DNA of 64,000 bases from Bacteriovoracia bacterium (GTDB lineage: Bacteria; Bdellovibrionota; UBA1018; JBFWNL01), in contig JBFWNL010000001.1 in the NCBI GenBank assembly GCA_050251055.1, positions 171,825 to 235,824 on the forward strand, read 5' to 3'. Of this stretch, positions 20,335-29,407 are shown piece by piece; position 1 is the first letter of the stretch, and each line of letters begins with the position of its first letter. The translations under genes were made by a program, and so were the position numbers. Under the pieces are notes generated by a model. The model was not told where the DNA came from. It searched no databases and saw nothing but the letters and a program-made list of their open reading frames with translations.

Positions 20335-21696
20335 ATGGATAGGGATCACACGGTTCGGTTGGCGAAGCTAGCAGTGGCGTCGTTCGTGCTGACGGCGGCG
20401 GGGACGGCACAAGCCGGATATTTCGGGAGCCGGGGCTTGGACGGGTTTAATGGCACGAGCGGCATGAATGGTCGTGACGGGCAGAGTGCGGCGGTTTTCG
20501 CCGACGGACGTTCGCTTACGCTGGATCTGCGTGGAACCGATGGCGGCGACGGTACGGATGGCCGCCCGGGTGGGGATGCAAGCTTTTGCTTTCAGCCCTA
20601 TAACGCGATGGAAGATCTCTGGGGCGCGGAAGGCGGAGACGGCGGCAATGGCGGATGGGGTGGCAATGGCGGCAACGGTGGGGAGCTCACGGTCTTTGTC
20701 GAGGACTTAACGAACTTAGGCAAGATCCGCGTGGATCAAACGCCAGGCCGTGGCGGCAAGGGCGGCAATGAATTCCGTCGAGTCGAAGGCGGTGACGGCT
20801 GTCGCTGCTCGCAGTGGTCTTGGACGGTACGCGTTTGCGATAACTACAATCCTCCGAACTGTGTCTACCGCACGTACTATTGCCGCGAAGGCGCGCGGGG
20901 GCGGGACGGATCGCGGGGCGTGATGGGTAGCCCCGGACAGTACGGCAACATCGTGCTGGTGCCCGGTCGCGCGGACATTCCTCCGCAGGCGCCGGAAACC
21001 ACGCTGCCCGTGGACGACACCCTGACCAAAAAAGAAGTGATATTGACCCGTAACCGCTTCAGTCGTCAGGGTGGCGCGCTGGAGCTCTTCGCGCCAGGAT
21101 CGCAAATTCGCGACGACTACTACCGCTTTGAAAAGCTCGAGACCCGTACGGTGACTTTCCTCTGGAATTCCCCGCGCCCGATCACGGACTTCGCCAACCA
21201 GCGCCTCACCCTCGCCTTCTCGCGAGAGTACACGGTAGGGCTGCAGGTGCCATCGGCGCTTTGGTGGGATATCCAGCGCACGGATGCTTCCGAGCGCGTG
21301 CTCTACGACGTGAAGCAAGCGGTGTTTCGCACCGAAGCCATGGGGTTGCGGCTGGGCGCGCTCAAGGGAAGCGGCAAGGACCTGGAGCTCGCGGTGGACG
21401 ACCCGGCCGGCGTATCTGACGTGGTGGCGACGGAGTACGAGCTGGAATTCGAAACTTGGGAAATTTTGAAGTACAAGAGCCGGTTCAACGCCAAGCTCGA
21501 CGCGAACCTGGTGCAGGTCGGTAAGAATCAGTCGGTGATTTACCTGGGCAAGCTGATCGACGTGGCTAAGATACCGGATAAGTATTTCAAGGCGAAGAAA
21601 AAGATCCGCATCACCTTGCGCGCCAAACGGTCGCTCGGCCGTCATGCCGAGACTTGGCAGCAGACGGAAGTAAAGCTCGAGATCCCGAAGTCCTGA
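20335..21696 (+). CDS. Secreted protein with interrupted Gly-X-Y repeats (collagen-like)
   Basis: Signal peptide ending AQA; several short G-X-Y runs separated by Cys-containing loops; beta-rich C-terminus. Confidence 0.75.
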   Translation: MDRDHTVRLAKLAVASFVLTAAGTAQAGYFGSRGLDGFNGTSGMNGRDGQSAAVFADGRSLTLDLRGTDGGDGTDGRPGGDASFCFQPYNAMEDLWGAEGGDGGNGGWGGNGGNGGELTVFVEDLTNLGKIRVDQTPGRGGKGGNEFRRVEGGDGCRCSQWSWTVRVCDNYNPPNCVYRTYYCREGARGRDGSRGVMGSPGQYGNIVLVPGRADIPPQAPETTLPVDDTLTKKEVILTRNRFSRQGGALELFAPGSQIRDDYYRFEKLETRTVTFLWNSPRPITDFANQRLTLAFSREYTVGLQVPSALWWDIQRTDASERVLYDVKQAVFRTEAMGLRLGALKGSGKDLELAVDDPAGVSDVVATEYELEFETWEILKYKSRFNAKLDANLVQVGKNQSVIYLGKLIDVAKIPDKYFKAKKKIRITLRAKRSLGRHAETWQQTEVKLEIPKS

Positions 21697-21726
21697 CGGG
21701 TAGCGAATCGGGATTCCTAAAAAGAC

Positions 21727-21760
21727 AAAGGCCACTTACTCGCGAGAGTAAGTGGCCTTT
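21727..21760. terminator. Bidirectional intrinsic terminator hairpin
   Basis: Perfect 15-bp stem AAAGGCCACTTACTC / GAGTAAGTGGCCTTT with a GCGA loop, between convergent genes. Confidence 0.85.
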
Positions 21761-21781
21761 ATACTTTCTAAAACTAAGCGA

Positions 21782-22135
21782 TTACCAGAAGCGCTTGTTC
21801 GCGAAGGTGTCCTTCAGGGTGCGAGGGAAGGACCAGCGGGGCTTCTTGGTGGCCGGACGAGCCTTGATGGTCATCGGTTCGCCAGTGAAGGGGTTCACGC
21901 CCTTGCCGGACTTGCGAGCCTTGACGTCCTTACGCACGAGCGCGCCGATTACGGGGAAACGAACGCGTTCGCCCGAGGCAGCGATCTTGGCGCCGTTTTC
22001 GAAAGCGGATTCGATGACCTGACGGAGGTCAGCGCGCTTGATGCGGGTCGTGCCGGAGCGGGTAACGGTAGCGTGCTTCATGACGCCTTCGAATACTTCG
22101 TTCACGAACGACCATTTCTTTTTGCTTTTAGCCAT
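21782..22135 (-). CDS. Atypical HU/IHF-family DNA-binding protein
   Basis: GERVRFPVIGALVRKDVKARK.GVNPFTGEPMTIKA beta-arm; AGGAG SD. Confidence 0.8.
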   Translation of the reverse strand: MAKSKKKWSFVNEVFEGVMKHATVTRSGTTRIKRADLRQVIESAFENGAKIAASGERVRFPVIGALVRKDVKARKSGKGVNPFTGEPMTIKARPATKKPRWSFPRTLKDTFANKRFW

Positions 22136-22268
22136 TTTCAAATTCTCCTAATTTACGAGTTTCAACTGCTTCAAAAGTTGTAGTGACGTTTAGCGGAGGT
22201 TTCAAGGGGTTTTTTGCAAATAATGAAAATATTCCCATTCGGACCCCTAATGCGAATCGGCCCGGGTC

Positions 22269-22411
22269 AAAAAAACGTGCAAAAATCCCGGAAAAAACGC
22301 CTTTTTTGCAAGGTTTAAAAATAGACGCAAAAATGGCGTTTTTTCCCTGAAAAAGCGCACATGCGGGGGATTTGGTGGTTTTGCCCGGTTTTTTTGGCGG
22401 CTTTCTTGAAA
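22269..22411. other. Helically phased A/T tracts (intrinsically curved DNA)
   Basis: A/T runs starting at about 22269, 22281, 22292, 22302, 22314, 22329, 22339, 22350, 22379 and 22389, mostly 10-12 bp apart. Confidence 0.6.
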
Positions 22412-22469
22412 TCCGGGGAGATTCCGCTTTTGCGTCGCGATGGCCAAAGATCGGTGCTAGGCTCCCCGC

Positions 22470-23150
22470 GTGGCATCTCCCTTGATCAAGGCAGTAATCT
22501 TCGACCTAGACGGCACGATTGTCGATACCGAACCGTTGGCGGCACGCATCGTAAAGGCGTACTACGCCGAAAAAGGCGTGGCGCTATCGCCCGAGGACGC
22601 CCAGTACACGAATGGGAAGAAGTGGGAAGTCGCGCTAGAGTACCTTTTCAAGAAACATCCCATCGAAGTCGCGATGGAACAAATCAGCCACGAAATTTTG
22701 ACGCGGTATCAAGCGGCCCTCGCGGGCGGCGTCCCGGTGGTGCCGGGCGTGGCAGCGGCGATTCGTAACTTCGCTCAAACCTACCCGCTGGCGCTCGTTT
22801 CGGGCTCACACCGCCGCGATATCCTTTTCCTGCTCGAACAAGTCCAGGTCCGCGAGTGTTTCCAGGTCGTGCTCGGCGCCGAAGACTACCCTCGGAGCAA
22901 ACCCGCTCCGGACGGTTATCTGAAGGCCATGTCGATACTGGGGATTGGCCCGGGGGAGGCAGTCGTGTTCGAAGACTCCCAGGTTGGATTAGCCTCGGCA
23001 AAAGCGGCGGGTTTGGTCGCGGTGGCGATCACGAGCACGAATCATTTCAACCAGAGCTACGCCCAGGCCGACGTGCGCATTCCCGACTTCCAAGGCGTGG
23101 ACCGCGATTGGCTGGCTAAACTTCAATCTGAACGGCATTCGATTCCTTGA
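22470..23150 (+). CDS. HAD-family phosphatase (beta-PGM/CbbY-like)
   Basis: IFDLDGTIVDTE, LVSGS, KPAPDGY and FEDSQVG motifs. Confidence 0.9.
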   Translation: MASPLIKAVIFDLDGTIVDTEPLAARIVKAYYAEKGVALSPEDAQYTNGKKWEVALEYLFKKHPIEVAMEQISHEILTRYQAALAGGVPVVPGVAAAIRNFAQTYPLALVSGSHRRDILFLLEQVQVRECFQVVLGAEDYPRSKPAPDGYLKAMSILGIGPGEAVVFEDSQVGLASAKAAGLVAVAITSTNHFNQSYAQADVRIPDFQGVDRDWLAKLQSERHSIP

Positions 23151-23856
23151 TGCGGACAAGGATATCGCGCAGCAGCTCAAGGAAGGCGTTCTTGTTGTCT
23201 TCGTCCACCTTCGTGAAGCGGATGCCGAAGTAACGGATGACGTTGCCGTTGCCGGGGTTGATTTCCTCCAGAACGCGGCATACGAGCCCTTGGACGGAAA
23301 TTTGAATCGAAAAATCCCCGCGAGGTTCCAGGTGCAACGTAAGCTTGGAGCCCGGCACGATGGTCACCGCGAATGGGCTCTCGCTCGCCACGAGCACCCC
23401 GCCCAGGCTTAAGTTCCGAACGGCGAAGATGATGGGCGGGGATTCCCGGTCGTTGGCGTGGTTTCCGAGAATCTGCAAGGGATAGGTTTGGATCCGGTTG
23501 GAAGAAGGGATGCGTGGATACTTGCGGATGTAATTCGTGGGGAACAGCCCATGCTTGAGGATGAGATCGCCCAAGGTTTTGCGGGACTGGTCATCCAGGA
23601 TAAAACGCAACCCCATGTATTCTCCGTAGGCCGTCTGCTCCCGGGTGATGTAGGCGCCGGCTTGGAGGATCATCGCCTTGGGCTGCTCGATCGTGATTTT
23701 CACCTGTACCCGGGTGGCGAAGTGTTTCTGCGGATTGAGGGGCGTCCACGGTAGCCCCGTCACCCCAAATACGGAGACGTACTTGTTCTTGAAGTGCATC
23801 GTGATTTCGCCCACCTTGAACTCGAGGTGGCCGCGGATGAAAATGGGCGGATTCAT
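23116..23856 (-). CDS. PilZ domain-containing protein
   Basis: RKYPR and NLSLGG motifs; FGIRF terminal strand. Confidence 0.8.
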   Translation of the reverse strand: MNPPIFIRGHLEFKVGEITMHFKNKYVSVFGVTGLPWTPLNPQKHFATRVQVKITIEQPKAMILQAGAYITREQTAYGEYMGLRFILDDQSRKTLGDLILKHGLFPTNYIRKYPRIPSSNRIQTYPLQILGNHANDRESPPIIFAVRNLSLGGVLVASESPFAVTIVPGSKLTLHLEPRGDFSIQISVQGLVCRVLEEINPGNGNVIRYFGIRFTKVDEDNKNAFLELLRDILVRIKESNAVQIEV

Positions 23857-23907
23857 AGGTTCACCGGTAATTCTAGCCCTCTCGGCGCGCCTTCGCCAAA
23901 TATTTCT

Positions 23908-24873
23908 TTAGGGCGAAGCAGGGGAGGGAGCGGCGAGGAGATGCTTCCAAAGTGTCTCGTCCATCCAGAACCCGATGTCGCCGCGGTCGGTCGCGCTGGC
24001 CCAAAGCCCCTCTCCCGGGACTCGGCGGTATCTCAGCGAGGTAGTCTTTCCCTGTCGGTCGGCTAGGACGAGTTCGATCTCGGGTTCTTTTGGCGAGCGC
24101 CGGCCGCGTAGGCGTCGGTTCGTGGGAGCGTCGTCGACGAAGGTCTTGATCTGCGCCCCCAGGGTTCTCTCCAGCCACCCATAGGTGGATTCCGGCAAGG
24201 GCATTCCGTGACGGTCGGCCCAGCCACCGCTTTGTCTCTGGGCATAATAGCGAGGATGATTCGGCCGCCGCAGCTGAAACTCCACGATGTCGTCCAGCGG
24301 CCAAGCACTGAGGCGTTTTAGACGCCAATCGATCTCGCGGACGTGGTCGAGCAGCATGCGTGGGGCGACCCCCCGGATCTTCACGAGCACGGGCGTGCCC
24401 TTTTCCGGGTGATTCACCCGCGCGTAGCTTTCGCCGTCCGGGCCGGGCGCGGAAACTTCCAGATCGTAGCGTCTATCCATGCTTTCGGCCGAAAGGCGCA
24501 CGGCCGGAGGATTCAGTCCGGACGGCGGAGCGGCGCCTTCGGCGAGCACTTCCGTCACGGCTAGATCCTTGAGCACGTCCAAGAGATGTTCGACGAAAAT
24601 CGAGTCGGCCGCGGAGTCCAAGCCCGAGTGGATGCGCCAACCCTTTTCCCCGCGCGTGAGGGTGAGCGTCAAGGCGGCTTCCTGCGGTAGGAGGTATTCG
24701 ACCTTGAGCGCACGGATCTGCGCCGGCTGAAAGAAGAGCGGTTTTTCGCCGACCCGAAACGCCGGGGGCGCGGGGCGCGTGCAGCTCGCGGCCATTCCAA
24801 TCGTGGCCACAAAAAGCGCCGAACGGAGTGGCCAAAGAAGGGGACGAAAGACGGGAAAAAGCCGGGTTTTCAC
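23908..24873 (-). CDS. Lipoprotein, DUF4340-like
   Basis: Lipobox MAASC; LTRGEKGWRI...ADSIFVEHLLDVL...GLNPP pattern resembles DUF4340. Confidence 0.55.
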   Translation of the reverse strand: MKTRLFPVFRPLLWPLRSALFVATIGMAASCTRPAPPAFRVGEKPLFFQPAQIRALKVEYLLPQEAALTLTLTRGEKGWRIHSGLDSAADSIFVEHLLDVLKDLAVTEVLAEGAAPPSGLNPPAVRLSAESMDRRYDLEVSAPGPDGESYARVNHPEKGTPVLVKIRGVAPRMLLDHVREIDWRLKRLSAWPLDDIVEFQLRRPNHPRYYAQRQSGGWADRHGMPLPESTYGWLERTLGAQIKTFVDDAPTNRRLRGRRSPKEPEIELVLADRQGKTTSLRYRRVPGEGLWASATDRGDIGFWMDETLWKHLLAAPSPASP

Positions 24874-24877
24874 AAGA

Positions 24878-24906
24878 TTGACATCCTATGTACCGCCGAT
24901 TACGGT
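24878..24906 (+). promoter_or_regulatory. Putative sigma-70 promoter
   Basis: TTGACA-17 bp-TACGGT, 10 bp upstream of the ATG at 24917. Confidence 0.6.
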
Positions 24907-24916
24907 GGCAAGGCAA

Positions 24917-25558
24917 ATGGAGATCTGGACTCTTTTAAAAAGCGGTGGCTTCGTCATGGCGCCCTTGGTCGCGTGCTCGCTCGCGCTCTGGTGGGTGGTC
25001 TTCGAGCGCTTCTTTCGGATGCGGCGGATGCGCGAGGCTTTGCGCGGTTTTCAGGCGGACGCCACGCAGGTCTTGCTCACGGGAGACGCTCAGAGCGTCC
25101 GCGCACTTTGCCTGAAAGCGGGAGTCTTACCTACGGCGCAGCTCGTGACGGTGGCGATGGATCGCTTGAGCGCGAAGGATGACCAGTTGCGTACCACTTG
25201 GCGAGCGGCCGTCGAGCGGCGGCGTCAGGTCGTGAACCAGGATCTGCGCCAAAACCTTTGGGTATTGGGCACGATCGCCAGTTCGGCGCCGTTTATTGGC
25301 CTCTTTGGGACCGTGGTCGGGATCCTGCGCTCGTTCAAGGACATCGCCGAGACGGGCAAGGGCGGTTTCGCGATCGTCGCCTCCGGCATTTCCGAAGCGT
25401 TGATCGCCACGGCGGCCGGGATCTTGGTCGCCGTCATCGCGCTCATCGCTTTCAACGCCTTTCAGACGCGATGGTCCTCGCTGGTATTCGTGATCCGCAT
25501 CCAGACCGAAGAGCTTCTCGAGCTCATCGAGAGGGCGAAATGGCATTCGGAGGCCTAA
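24917..25558 (+). CDS. MotA/TolQ/ExbB proton channel family protein
   Basis: LGTIASSAPFIGLFGTVVGI and GISEALIATAAG motifs. Confidence 0.93.
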   Translation: MEIWTLLKSGGFVMAPLVACSLALWWVVFERFFRMRRMREALRGFQADATQVLLTGDAQSVRALCLKAGVLPTAQLVTVAMDRLSAKDDQLRTTWRAAVERRRQVVNQDLRQNLWVLGTIASSAPFIGLFGTVVGILRSFKDIAETGKGGFAIVASGISEALIATAAGILVAVIALIAFNAFQTRWSSLVFVIRIQTEELLELIERAKWHSEA

Positions 25559-26004
25559 GCCCACGTCCGGGGGACGCCGATCTGGGAGATGACGATGCCC
25601 CGATCATGGCGGAGATCAACATCACGCCGCTCACGGACATTTTTCTGGTGCTTCTGATTATTTTCATGGTGACGAGTTCCGTGATGTCCCAGACGGGCGT
25701 CGACGTCGACTTGCCGAAAGCGAGTGAGGCTACGAGCGCGGCGCAGCCCGAGGGCACGATCGTGACTCTGCTCGCCGACGGAGGGCTACTGGTGAATGGC
25801 CAGCGCGTGCCTAGCGCGGGTGGCGCGGTGGACTGGGCCGCGTTCCGCGCCGATTTGAAGCGCGCGTTTAGCGGCGCCAAGTCCCGCTCCGTGATCCTGG
25901 AAGGGGACCGCAAGGCGTTCCTGGGAGCGGCGGTCGAGCTAATGGACGAAGCGCGCCAGGCGGGCGCGGAAGGGTTTGCGATCGCCACCGCGGCCGGAAA
26001 ATAG
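25540..26004 (+). CDS. ExbD/TolR family biopolymer transporter
   Basis: EINITPLTDIFLVLLIIFMV and VDLPKA motifs. Confidence 0.93.
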   Translation: MAFGGLSPRPGDADLGDDDAPIMAEINITPLTDIFLVLLIIFMVTSSVMSQTGVDVDLPKASEATSAAQPEGTIVTLLADGGLLVNGQRVPSAGGAVDWAAFRADLKRAFSGAKSRSVILEGDRKAFLGAAVELMDEARQAGAEGFAIATAAGK

Positions 26005-26033
26005 GCGGTCCGCCGCTTGCTGACACCGGGCTC

Positions 26034-26438
26034 ATGCGAGAGCTCCCGCCCCCCTCGATTCCTAAGCGTGTTTTCGGCCATCAAATCGAAACTCAAGCCC
26101 TCGCTTTTCTGGTGGAACGCGCGGAGGGGAGCTGGAAGCTTCTGGCCAGAAACTACTTTTCCCACCGCGGGGAAATTGACCTGGTGCTTGAGGAAGCCCG
26201 GCCAAATGGCCGGATTGAATTGGTTTTCGTGGAGGTCCGGATGCGCGCGCGCGCAGGATGGGTGAGCGCCCTCGAGAGCGTGGGGGCCGAGAAGCGCAGG
26301 CGCTTGCAATGGACGGCCCGGCGCTTTCTCGCGGCTTACCGCGGCCCGGCCACTAGCTTACGCTTCGATATCTTGGGGTGGGATGGAAAGCAGTGGCTCC
26401 ACGTCCCGAACGCTTGGTCGGTCGACGGTCCGTCGTAA
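26034..26438 (+). CDS. yraN: YraN family (UPF0102) endonuclease-like protein
   Basis: LLARNY...GEIDLV...LVFVEVR...RFDI. Confidence 0.88.
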   Translation: MRELPPPSIPKRVFGHQIETQALAFLVERAEGSWKLLARNYFSHRGEIDLVLEEARPNGRIELVFVEVRMRARAGWVSALESVGAEKRRRLQWTARRFLAAYRGPATSLRFDILGWDGKQWLHVPNAWSVDGPS

Positions 26439-26457
26439 TCCAGGTACAATAGTACTC

Positions 26458-26931
26458 ATGAAACGATGGCCTAGAAGCCTGCGGTCGATTTCGCTCGTGA
26501 GTCTTATGGTTTGCGCCCTGGTCTGGCCGTCCACGCCCGCGCGGGCCGAGAAGTCGGACGCGACGATCCTACTCACCACGACACTCTACGGGACCTTGGC
26601 GGGCACGGCCCTGGGACTGGTGACCTATCCCTTCACGCAGACGCATCAGTCGATTCTCATCGGCGCGGGCGTCGGGCTGGTCCTGGGAATCATCGTGGGC
26701 ATCTACCACGTCAACCACCGCGAAGATCCAAACAACCCGCTACGGGGAGAGTTGCGATTGGCGCCGAAAGAGGCGCTGACTTATGCGGCCGCCGCAGCGG
26801 CGGCCGGACCGGAGCTGACGCCTCCGGCGCTTATTCTGGCACAGGAGCCGACCTTCGCGCGCGCGCGCGAGCGTGCCAGGTTGGATTCCGGCGTCCATTT
26901 GATGGTTGCGTATCCGGTCTTTCGCTTTTAG
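26458..26931 (+). CDS. Hypothetical membrane protein (glycine-zipper TM helices)
   Basis: Signal peptide followed by two Gly-rich hydrophobic helices. Confidence 0.65.
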   Translation: MKRWPRSLRSISLVSLMVCALVWPSTPARAEKSDATILLTTTLYGTLAGTALGLVTYPFTQTHQSILIGAGVGLVLGIIVGIYHVNHREDPNNPLRGELRLAPKEALTYAAAAAAAGPELTPPALILAQEPTFARARERARLDSGVHLMVAYPVFRF

Positions 26932-26941
26932 CTTAAGGGAA

Positions 26942-27859
26942 ATGAGGAGCGTCGTCGCATTTCTCCCTCCACTGATCTGGGCATTTGTCATGGGGTGTGC
27001 TCAGGCACCGGTGCAATCGGATCTATCCCTGGACGGGGCCAGCTCTCATATCTCCCGCGATTACTTCGATGGGGTGGATGGTTGTTTCCTGCTCTATGAC
27101 CTGGCCGCCAACGAGTATATCAAAATCATCAACGAGCCCCAGTGCCGGAAACGGCAGACGGCTTGCTCGACCTTCAAGATTCCCCTGGCTGCCATGGCCT
27201 TCGATGCCAAGGTAATTGAAAGCGAGGACGCGGTTTTCAAATGGGACGGCAAGGATAAGGGGCTGCCTCACTGGAACAAGGACCAAACGGTTGCTAGCTG
27301 GATAGGAGATTCCGTCGTCTGGGTCTCCCAGGCCATCACGCCGAAGCTCGGCATGACCCGCATCAAGCAATATCTCAAGCAGTTTCGTTACGGGAACGAG
27401 GATTTTTCGGGGGGGCTGCAGTCGGCCTGGTTGACGCCAGCCCCGTTCATGAAGAAGCGCCCCGGGAACACGCTGAAGATTTCCGCCTTTGAGCAGGTCG
27501 AGTTCATGAAGAAGCTCTGGAGCGGGAAACTGGGAATATCGCCGCAGGCCACGGCGTGGACGAAGCAAGTCCTCTACGCTGGGATCTCGCCCTATGGGTC
27601 GGCCTTGAGCGGGAAGACGGGGTCGGGTTTTTTTGGCTCGGGGGATCGTAAGGCTCCCGCCGACGGTTCTCAGGACCTGCTGCGCATTGGCTGGTACGTC
27701 GCGCATGTGAACGTGCGCGCGGACCGCATCGGCAAGCCGCGGAACCTGATCGCGGTGGCGATGTTCGAAGATCGCGCGCCTTTGCCGGAGAAGAATTTCG
27801 GCGGCATCTACGCGCGTGAGATCTTGAAGAAAATTCTCGCGGACGAAGGATTTTGGTAG
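26942..27859 (+). CDS. Class D (OXA-like) serine beta-lactamase family lipoprotein
   Basis: STFK, SVVW, YGN and KTG motifs; lipobox VMGC. Confidence 0.85.
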   Translation: MRSVVAFLPPLIWAFVMGCAQAPVQSDLSLDGASSHISRDYFDGVDGCFLLYDLAANEYIKIINEPQCRKRQTACSTFKIPLAAMAFDAKVIESEDAVFKWDGKDKGLPHWNKDQTVASWIGDSVVWVSQAITPKLGMTRIKQYLKQFRYGNEDFSGGLQSAWLTPAPFMKKRPGNTLKISAFEQVEFMKKLWSGKLGISPQATAWTKQVLYAGISPYGSALSGKTGSGFFGSGDRKAPADGSQDLLRIGWYVAHVNVRADRIGKPRNLIAVAMFEDRAPLPEKNFGGIYAREILKKILADEGFW

Positions 27860-27878
27860 GGCCGGACTAGGGGCTCGC

Positions 27879-28247
27879 CTAGTTGTCGAAGCTCTTGCGT
27901 GCGCGGTCGGAGTTCTCGAAAAACTCAAACGAGTTTTGTTCGTCGAAAGCCTTGATTAGGCGCTGGAACTCGCTTTTGACGTTGCAGTAGCGGGGACGAA
28001 TGCCGGTGGATTGGTCGGCGCGGTGGTTGATGTCCTTCAGGGTCTGAATGAAGGAATAGATGCCGCTGGAGCCCACGAAGTTCAGGTCGCTGAAGTCGAA
28101 GATGATTTTTTTAGGGATGGAGTCGGACTTGGTGCTGTCGACGAGTCTTTCCAAGTGGTCGCGAAGGGGAGCCTGCGCCTCGAAGTCAATCGTGCCTTGC
28201 ACTTCCACCACCACCGTGTCACCTGCTTTTTTCATCGTCGTCTTCAT
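27879..28247 (-). CDS. STAS domain anti-sigma factor antagonist
   Basis: VVVEVQGTIDF...IIFDFSDLNFVGSSGI (phosphorylatable Ser motif). Confidence 0.85.
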   Translation of the reverse strand: MKTTMKKAGDTVVVEVQGTIDFEAQAPLRDHLERLVDSTKSDSIPKKIIFDFSDLNFVGSSGIYSFIQTLKDINHRADQSTGIRPRYCNVKSEFQRLIKAFDEQNSFEFFENSDRARKSFDN

Positions 28248-28350
28248 CGTATGTGCGCCTCCCGCTTTTCCATGATGGCGTAATCCCACCCGCTCTCCAA
28301 TCGGCATTATTTTCCTGGCCGGGTTCCTGGTCCCGGCATAGGATCGGGCC

Positions 28351-29268
28351 ATGCTCTCGGTCGTGGCCACCCCCATCGGAAACCTCGCGGATATAAGCCC
28401 GCGCGCGCTCGATACCTTGCGGCAGGCCGACGAGATCCTGTGTGAAGACACCCGTCGCACGCTTGCCCTGTTGAATCACTTCGGGATCAGTAAGCCCTTG
28501 CGGCGCCTGGACGAGCACGCCACGGAGGCCCAGTTGGCGAGCGCGGTTCGGGACCTTTCGACCGGCAAGAAGCTGGCGGTGGTGACCGACGCCGGTACCC
28601 CGGGTATCAGCGACCCGGCGGCTAAGCTCGTGGCTTTGGCGCACGAAAATGGCGTGCGGGTGACTCCGGTGCCGGGGCCTTCCGCCTTGACCGCGCTCGT
28701 GAGCGCGAGCGGATTGTCCGCGCCGGAGCTTCGCTTCCGCGGTTTCTTTCCTCGCGGTTCCGCGACCTCCAAGGGGGTCCAGGAAGAACTCGCCGAAGCC
28801 GGCCGGACGCATGCGGTGGTAGCCTGGTTTGAAAGCCCGCACCGCGTGCTCGAGGCGCTTCAGATTTTAGCGGAGAAGTTCCCGCGCGCGCGGGGGCTGG
28901 CAGCCAAAGAACTGACCAAGGTTTTTGAGCGCTTTTTCGTCGGCGAGCTGACGTCGGTGGCTAGCCTCGTGCAGCAGGAGATTGAGCGGGAGGGGGCAGT
29001 GGGAGAGTGGTGCATTGCGCTTGAAAATCAGCCTCCAGAGCGTGTTTCGACCGAAGCGTTTTCGTCCGATTGGAAGGCGATGGTCGACTACTGCCGTGAG
29101 CTGGGGGCGCCGGCCGCCGAAGTAGCCAAAAAAGCAGGACAAATTTTTGGCATCCCGCGCAGCGATGCGTACGCGTACGCGAGTGCCCAAAAGGGGAGTC
29201 AAAAAAGCTCGCAAAAAATAATGTCGAAATCGGAAAAAAAATCGAAAAAAACTTCCGGGGGGGCTTGA
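28351..29268 (+). CDS. rsmI: 16S rRNA (cytidine1402-2'-O)-methyltransferase
   Basis: VVATPIGNLADIS, CEDTR, DAGTPGISDP, PGPSA, FESPHR, ELTK. Confidence 0.95.
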   Translation: MLSVVATPIGNLADISPRALDTLRQADEILCEDTRRTLALLNHFGISKPLRRLDEHATEAQLASAVRDLSTGKKLAVVTDAGTPGISDPAAKLVALAHENGVRVTPVPGPSALTALVSASGLSAPELRFRGFFPRGSATSKGVQEELAEAGRTHAVVAWFESPHRVLEALQILAEKFPRARGLAAKELTKVFERFFVGELTSVASLVQQEIEREGAVGEWCIALENQPPERVSTEAFSSDWKAMVDYCRELGAPAAEVAKKAGQIFGIPRSDAYAYASAQKGSQKSSQKIMSKSEKKSKKTSGGA

Positions 29269-29292
29269 CCCAAATCTAGTCTCCCTTAGACT
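29265..29292 (+). promoter_or_regulatory. Putative strong sigma-70 promoter with upstream phased A tracts
   Basis: TTGACC-16 bp-TAGACT; A tracts at ~10-bp spacing in the rsmI 3' end (about 29189-29251). Confidence 0.6.
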
Positions 29293-29297
29293 GAAAG

Positions 29298-29407
29298 TGT
29301 GTGGTTGTGGTGAATCCATGGACGGATTCGTGGGAGAAGATTCCAAAACTCTCAAGACTAGGGCCTCAGTGAAGTTAGGATGACTTTTCACTGAGGCATT
29401 TTTTTTT
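29298..29407 (+). ncRNA. Candidate small RNA / attenuator leader
   Basis: Bounded by a promoter match and a strong terminator; GAATCC-ATGGAC-GGATTC hairpin with GGA in the loop. Confidence 0.5.
29363..29407 (+). terminator. Intrinsic terminator
   Basis: GCCTCAGTGAA / TTCACTGAGGC 11-bp stem followed by A and T9. Confidence 0.85.
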
